Of a DNA stretch of 64,000 nucleotides, positions 63,298 through 64,000 are shown piece after piece. The stretch comes from a bacterium (GTDB lineage Bacteria > Bacillota_I > Bacilli_A > RFN20 > CAG-826): assembly GCA_963651445.1 (NCBI GenBank), contig CAVJPU010000002.1, positions 18,232 through 82,231 on the forward strand, given 5' to 3'. A program made the position numbers and the translations under genes. Under the pieces are notes generated by a model. The model searched no databases and had not been told where the DNA came from. It was given only the letters and a program-made list of their open reading frames with translations. The first letter of the stretch is position 1, and each line of letters starts with the position of its first letter.

Positions 63298-64000
63298 TGA
63301 CAGGAAATACTTTATCACAACTTCCATATATTGACGGATTACCGGAAGTGGAAGGTCAACAACGTTTATCATGGATAAAAAATGGTGAACTTCTTGAAGG
63401 TGCAGAATCTAGATTTGGGCATGACGGCAACCTCAATAAAGTTGGTGTTCAACTTCAAGAAAATATAAAATACTTAGCCGAACATTTTGATTTTATCAAT
63501 GCTGACTTTGAGGTAAATAATGCAAAGTTAGCAGAACTTATTGAAATGTTAGGTGACGCTGCAACATCCGAGTTAATCGATTTGGTGAATAAGCATTCTG
63601 ACGATATAAATTCCATTAATGATTTGATCGTTGTACTGACTCACCGTATTGACAATTTAGATACAACTGTTGGTAATTTAACTTCATTGGTAGGTGCACA
63701 TAAACCAGAAAGTGGACCAAATAATATTTTCGATGATTTATTATTCATTAAAACAGAAATTGGTAATAAACAAGATTTTGATATTAACGGCCAGAGTCTT
63801 CCTGGGAACCAAAGTACTGGGTTAATTTACCAAGTTGATACAATTGGACGCCAAACATCTGCAAATGAAGATGCCATCACATTAATTATAGATGAATTAA
63901 CTGATGGCAATTTTACTCAAATCCATAAAGATCTATCTCAAATTCGTACGGAATTGGGTCCTACTCCTGCAGGTGCAACCATTACTCCTGTGTATACTCG
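63297..64000 (+). CDS. wac: fibritin (wac), N-terminal part; continues past the right edge
   Basis: ATG overlaps the gp12 stop. MTGNTLSQLPYIDGLPEVEGQQRLSWIKNGE parallels T4 Wac ...LNDLPFVDGPPAEGQSRISWIKNGE. The frame is open to the end of the window. Confidence 0.8.
   Translation, partial: MTGNTLSQLPYIDGLPEVEGQQRLSWIKNGELLEGAESRFGHDGNLNKVGVQLQENIKYLAEHFDFINADFEVNNAKLAELIEMLGDAATSELIDLVNKHSDDINSINDLIVVLTHRIDNLDTTVGNLTSLVGAHKPESGPNNIFDDLLFIKTEIGNKQDFDINGQSLPGNQSTGLIYQVDTIGRQTSANEDAITLIIDELTDGNFTQIHKDLSQIRTELGPTPAGATITPVYT

Overview
AT-rich 64-kb segment of a T4-like (Straboviridae-type) myophage. Gene order follows T4 closely. On the minus strand: helicase 41, a gene-42 hydroxymethylase neighbourhood, DNA polymerase 43, regA, 62, 44, 45, 46, 47, 55, 49, an nrdC-type accessory block, a large tRNA island, then 57B, 57A, 1, 3, 2 and 4. 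On the plus strand: baseplate and short-fibre genes 53, 5, 5.4 and 6-12, then the start of wac. The points that depart from T4 are: (1) the polymerase is split into 43A and 43B by about 2.8 kb of small promoter-equipped genes; (2) a ~165-bp structured cassette occurs twice in inverted orientation, once inside the polymerase split and once between tail genes 3 and 2; (3) a sugar-nucleotide cassette sits around gene 42 where T4 has uvsX and beta-gt, predicting a non-glucose (arabinose-type) hydroxymethyl-pyrimidine DNA modification; (4) the tRNA island has 15 hand-folded tRNAs, one with a CUA (amber-reading) anticodon, several non-canonical tRNA-like RNAs and embedded tRNA-related proteins; (5) there is a minimal class II aminoacyl-tRNA-synthetase-like ORF among small paralogues; (6) there is an operon of exported proteins. 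All protein calls rest on motif recognition by eye and on synteny. No database search was run.
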